From Coniocarpon cinnabarinum (Eukaryota): DNA of 64,000 nt. The stretch spans positions 1-64,000 of the forward strand of contig JAVECO010000036.1 of NCBI GenBank assembly GCA_051942205.1, in the 5' to 3' direction. Positions 62,301 through 64,000 of the stretch are shown here, piece by piece. The notes below the pieces were generated by a model. That model had not been told where the DNA came from. It saw nothing but the letters and a program-made list of their open reading frames with translations, and did no database searches. The number at the start of each line of letters is the position of its first letter. The first letter of the stretch is position 1. The translations under genes and the position numbers were made by a program.

Positions 62301-64000
62301 CATCTAATCCCAGACACCAGTAATCGTTGCCCTCATCAATACTCATCATGGCCTCACCAGTCATCATCTTGCAGGTCCGACTTCCAAATCGGAAGTCGCT
62401 GCCAGCCACATCTCAAACCATGATCCACAGCAGAGCCACAGTCATCATGCAGACACTCGACATGGTGTTTTCAGAGCTGTGATCAGCAGTCTCGTACTGC
62501 TCCGCGTCTCAACAATTACCTTTCCACATTGAAACCTGCTCATGGCGATGCCCATCAGCATCTTGAGGACGTAAATTGATGCCAATCACCACGTTCCCAT
62601 AGCAGATCACACACCAAAGTCCCCCGTCATCGTTTTCAGATACGCATTTCATGCGTGTCAATGTCGCCTGACGACACACACCATCAGGAGCGGCCCAAGC
62701 AGGGCGTCGTCGCCGGACGACATTTCCACACCAGAAACTTCTCCCTAGGAAGGAGACAGAGAAGCGCTTGAGATCTCTAGATGGAGGAACGGAGATCAAG
62801 CAGCACCCATTTCTCCCCGGCGAAGTCTAGTACGAACTTCGCCGCATTCGTGCGACCCAGCATTCGGGGCCAAGTACAAATGGCGGTCGACCCCCATCGA
62901 TTGCTTCTCAAGGCAACGAAAGCAAAGGGGTCAACGGGGTCAACTTCGGCAGCCTAACTGGTGGATCTGGTCCCGAAACCAGTCATACTCCTCATCTCAC
63001 CAGTGCCGATCAGCAGCAAAAGGTGTTCTGCCTGGACAGCCACCTGCACATTTTAGACGGGCTTCTCCTCAAGGCCACGGTGACTATTCTGCTGGTATGC
63101 CAATGGGTCCAGGCCGAAGATATGGTGGTGCTGACGGCAGTGGGTACATGGGTCGTCATGGACGTGGCCGCTTTCAACAACAGGGCTTAGCCGGCCGCCC
63201 GTCGTACTCGCCTCTCGTCTATGTCCCCGTCGAACTGGACTCTGCATCGATCCGCCTTCAGTCAAGCCCTCAATGAACAAGGCTCATACAGAGGCGAGCA
63301 TCAAGGCGAAGCAGCGGGCCGTCAACTCCTACGCCACGCCCTCGCAAAAGCGTCCAGAGCGTGCAGGTTCAGCGACTTCCGTTGAAAGCACCCTCCGCTT
63401 TACCCTCGCCCGCCAAGCAAGCCAGAATAAGGTGAGGCCCGATGCCCAACTCTCCATGCTTTTCTGCGATGCAACCACAATATGGCCATGCAGGCGGTGG
63501 TGGAGAGCTGTCCCTGCACACTTCCACAGCCAAGTGGGAACCCGCTCGGTCTTTGAACGCCACCGGACCGTACCCTCGCATGCAAAAGCAGTACAAAGCT
63601 GGAACATTTGTCGTGCTGTCATTGAGGTCCTCAGCTTTTACACGGAGCAAATGGCGCCACAGAGCCAACTCGCGGATGCAAGACCAGTACAGAGCTGGAA
63701 CATCCGTGGCACCACCACGTCCGATCGGACCCAATGGCTTCACTCGTCAAGACAACCATGGCACCCCAACACCCCATGTGCAGTTCCCTACCGGCTCACG
63801 CAAACCAACAGTATCCGAGTCACCGATTAGTCCCATGAATGGCCAGCACTTCGCGTTGCACCGCGCTGAGCAAGATCGGCGATGAGCCCAGCACTGGGAA
63901 TTCGCAGCGACCCCAACCACCCCAGCAATCACATTCAAGCTCCCAGCCGAAGCCTCTGAACGCAACTTTCAAGCAGCCCAATAGAGGCATGCTTTGACAG

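Overview
Eukaryotic DNA from a filamentous ascomycete (Pezizomycotina-type GT-AG introns with CTRAY branch sites; no prokaryotic features, CRISPR or recognisable intact transposon). I reconstructed these genes by hand, with splice sites where present: a McrA-like Zn2Cys6 transcription factor (3.4-5.0 kb), a glycine-zipper 2TM protein locus (17.9-20.2 kb), a head-to-head YIF1 / SRP-receptor-alpha pair, an NAD-dependent epimerase/SDR, a Roadblock/LC7 protein, a HeLo-like/SesA-N + ubiquitin-like protein with two tandem Cys/His repeats, a secreted carboxylesterase, a secreted DUF1254/DUF1214 protein, a PTH11-like receptor with a very long tail, a heme-less sulfite-oxidase-family enzyme, and a few orphan ORFs. 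Gene-poor tracts (about 5.1-15.5, 25-28.8, 42.3-54.4 and 57.3-64 kb) hold decayed coding fragments, including a PUB1 RRM remnant, a nitrilase scrap and a dead mucin-like gene that became a minisatellite. Most notable observations: (1) the glycine-zipper gene appears to have two alternative N-termini, one inside the intron of the other; (2) the Zn2Cys6 gene has an ATG-free 1.9-kb upstream region and an in-frame, spliced, possibly CUG-initiated extension of about 170 aa; (3) an NLR-effector-like protein carries duplicated metal-binding repeats; (4) a tandem orphan paralog pair has one copy interrupted by a single in-frame TAG. Family assignments are from motif recall; no database search was run.
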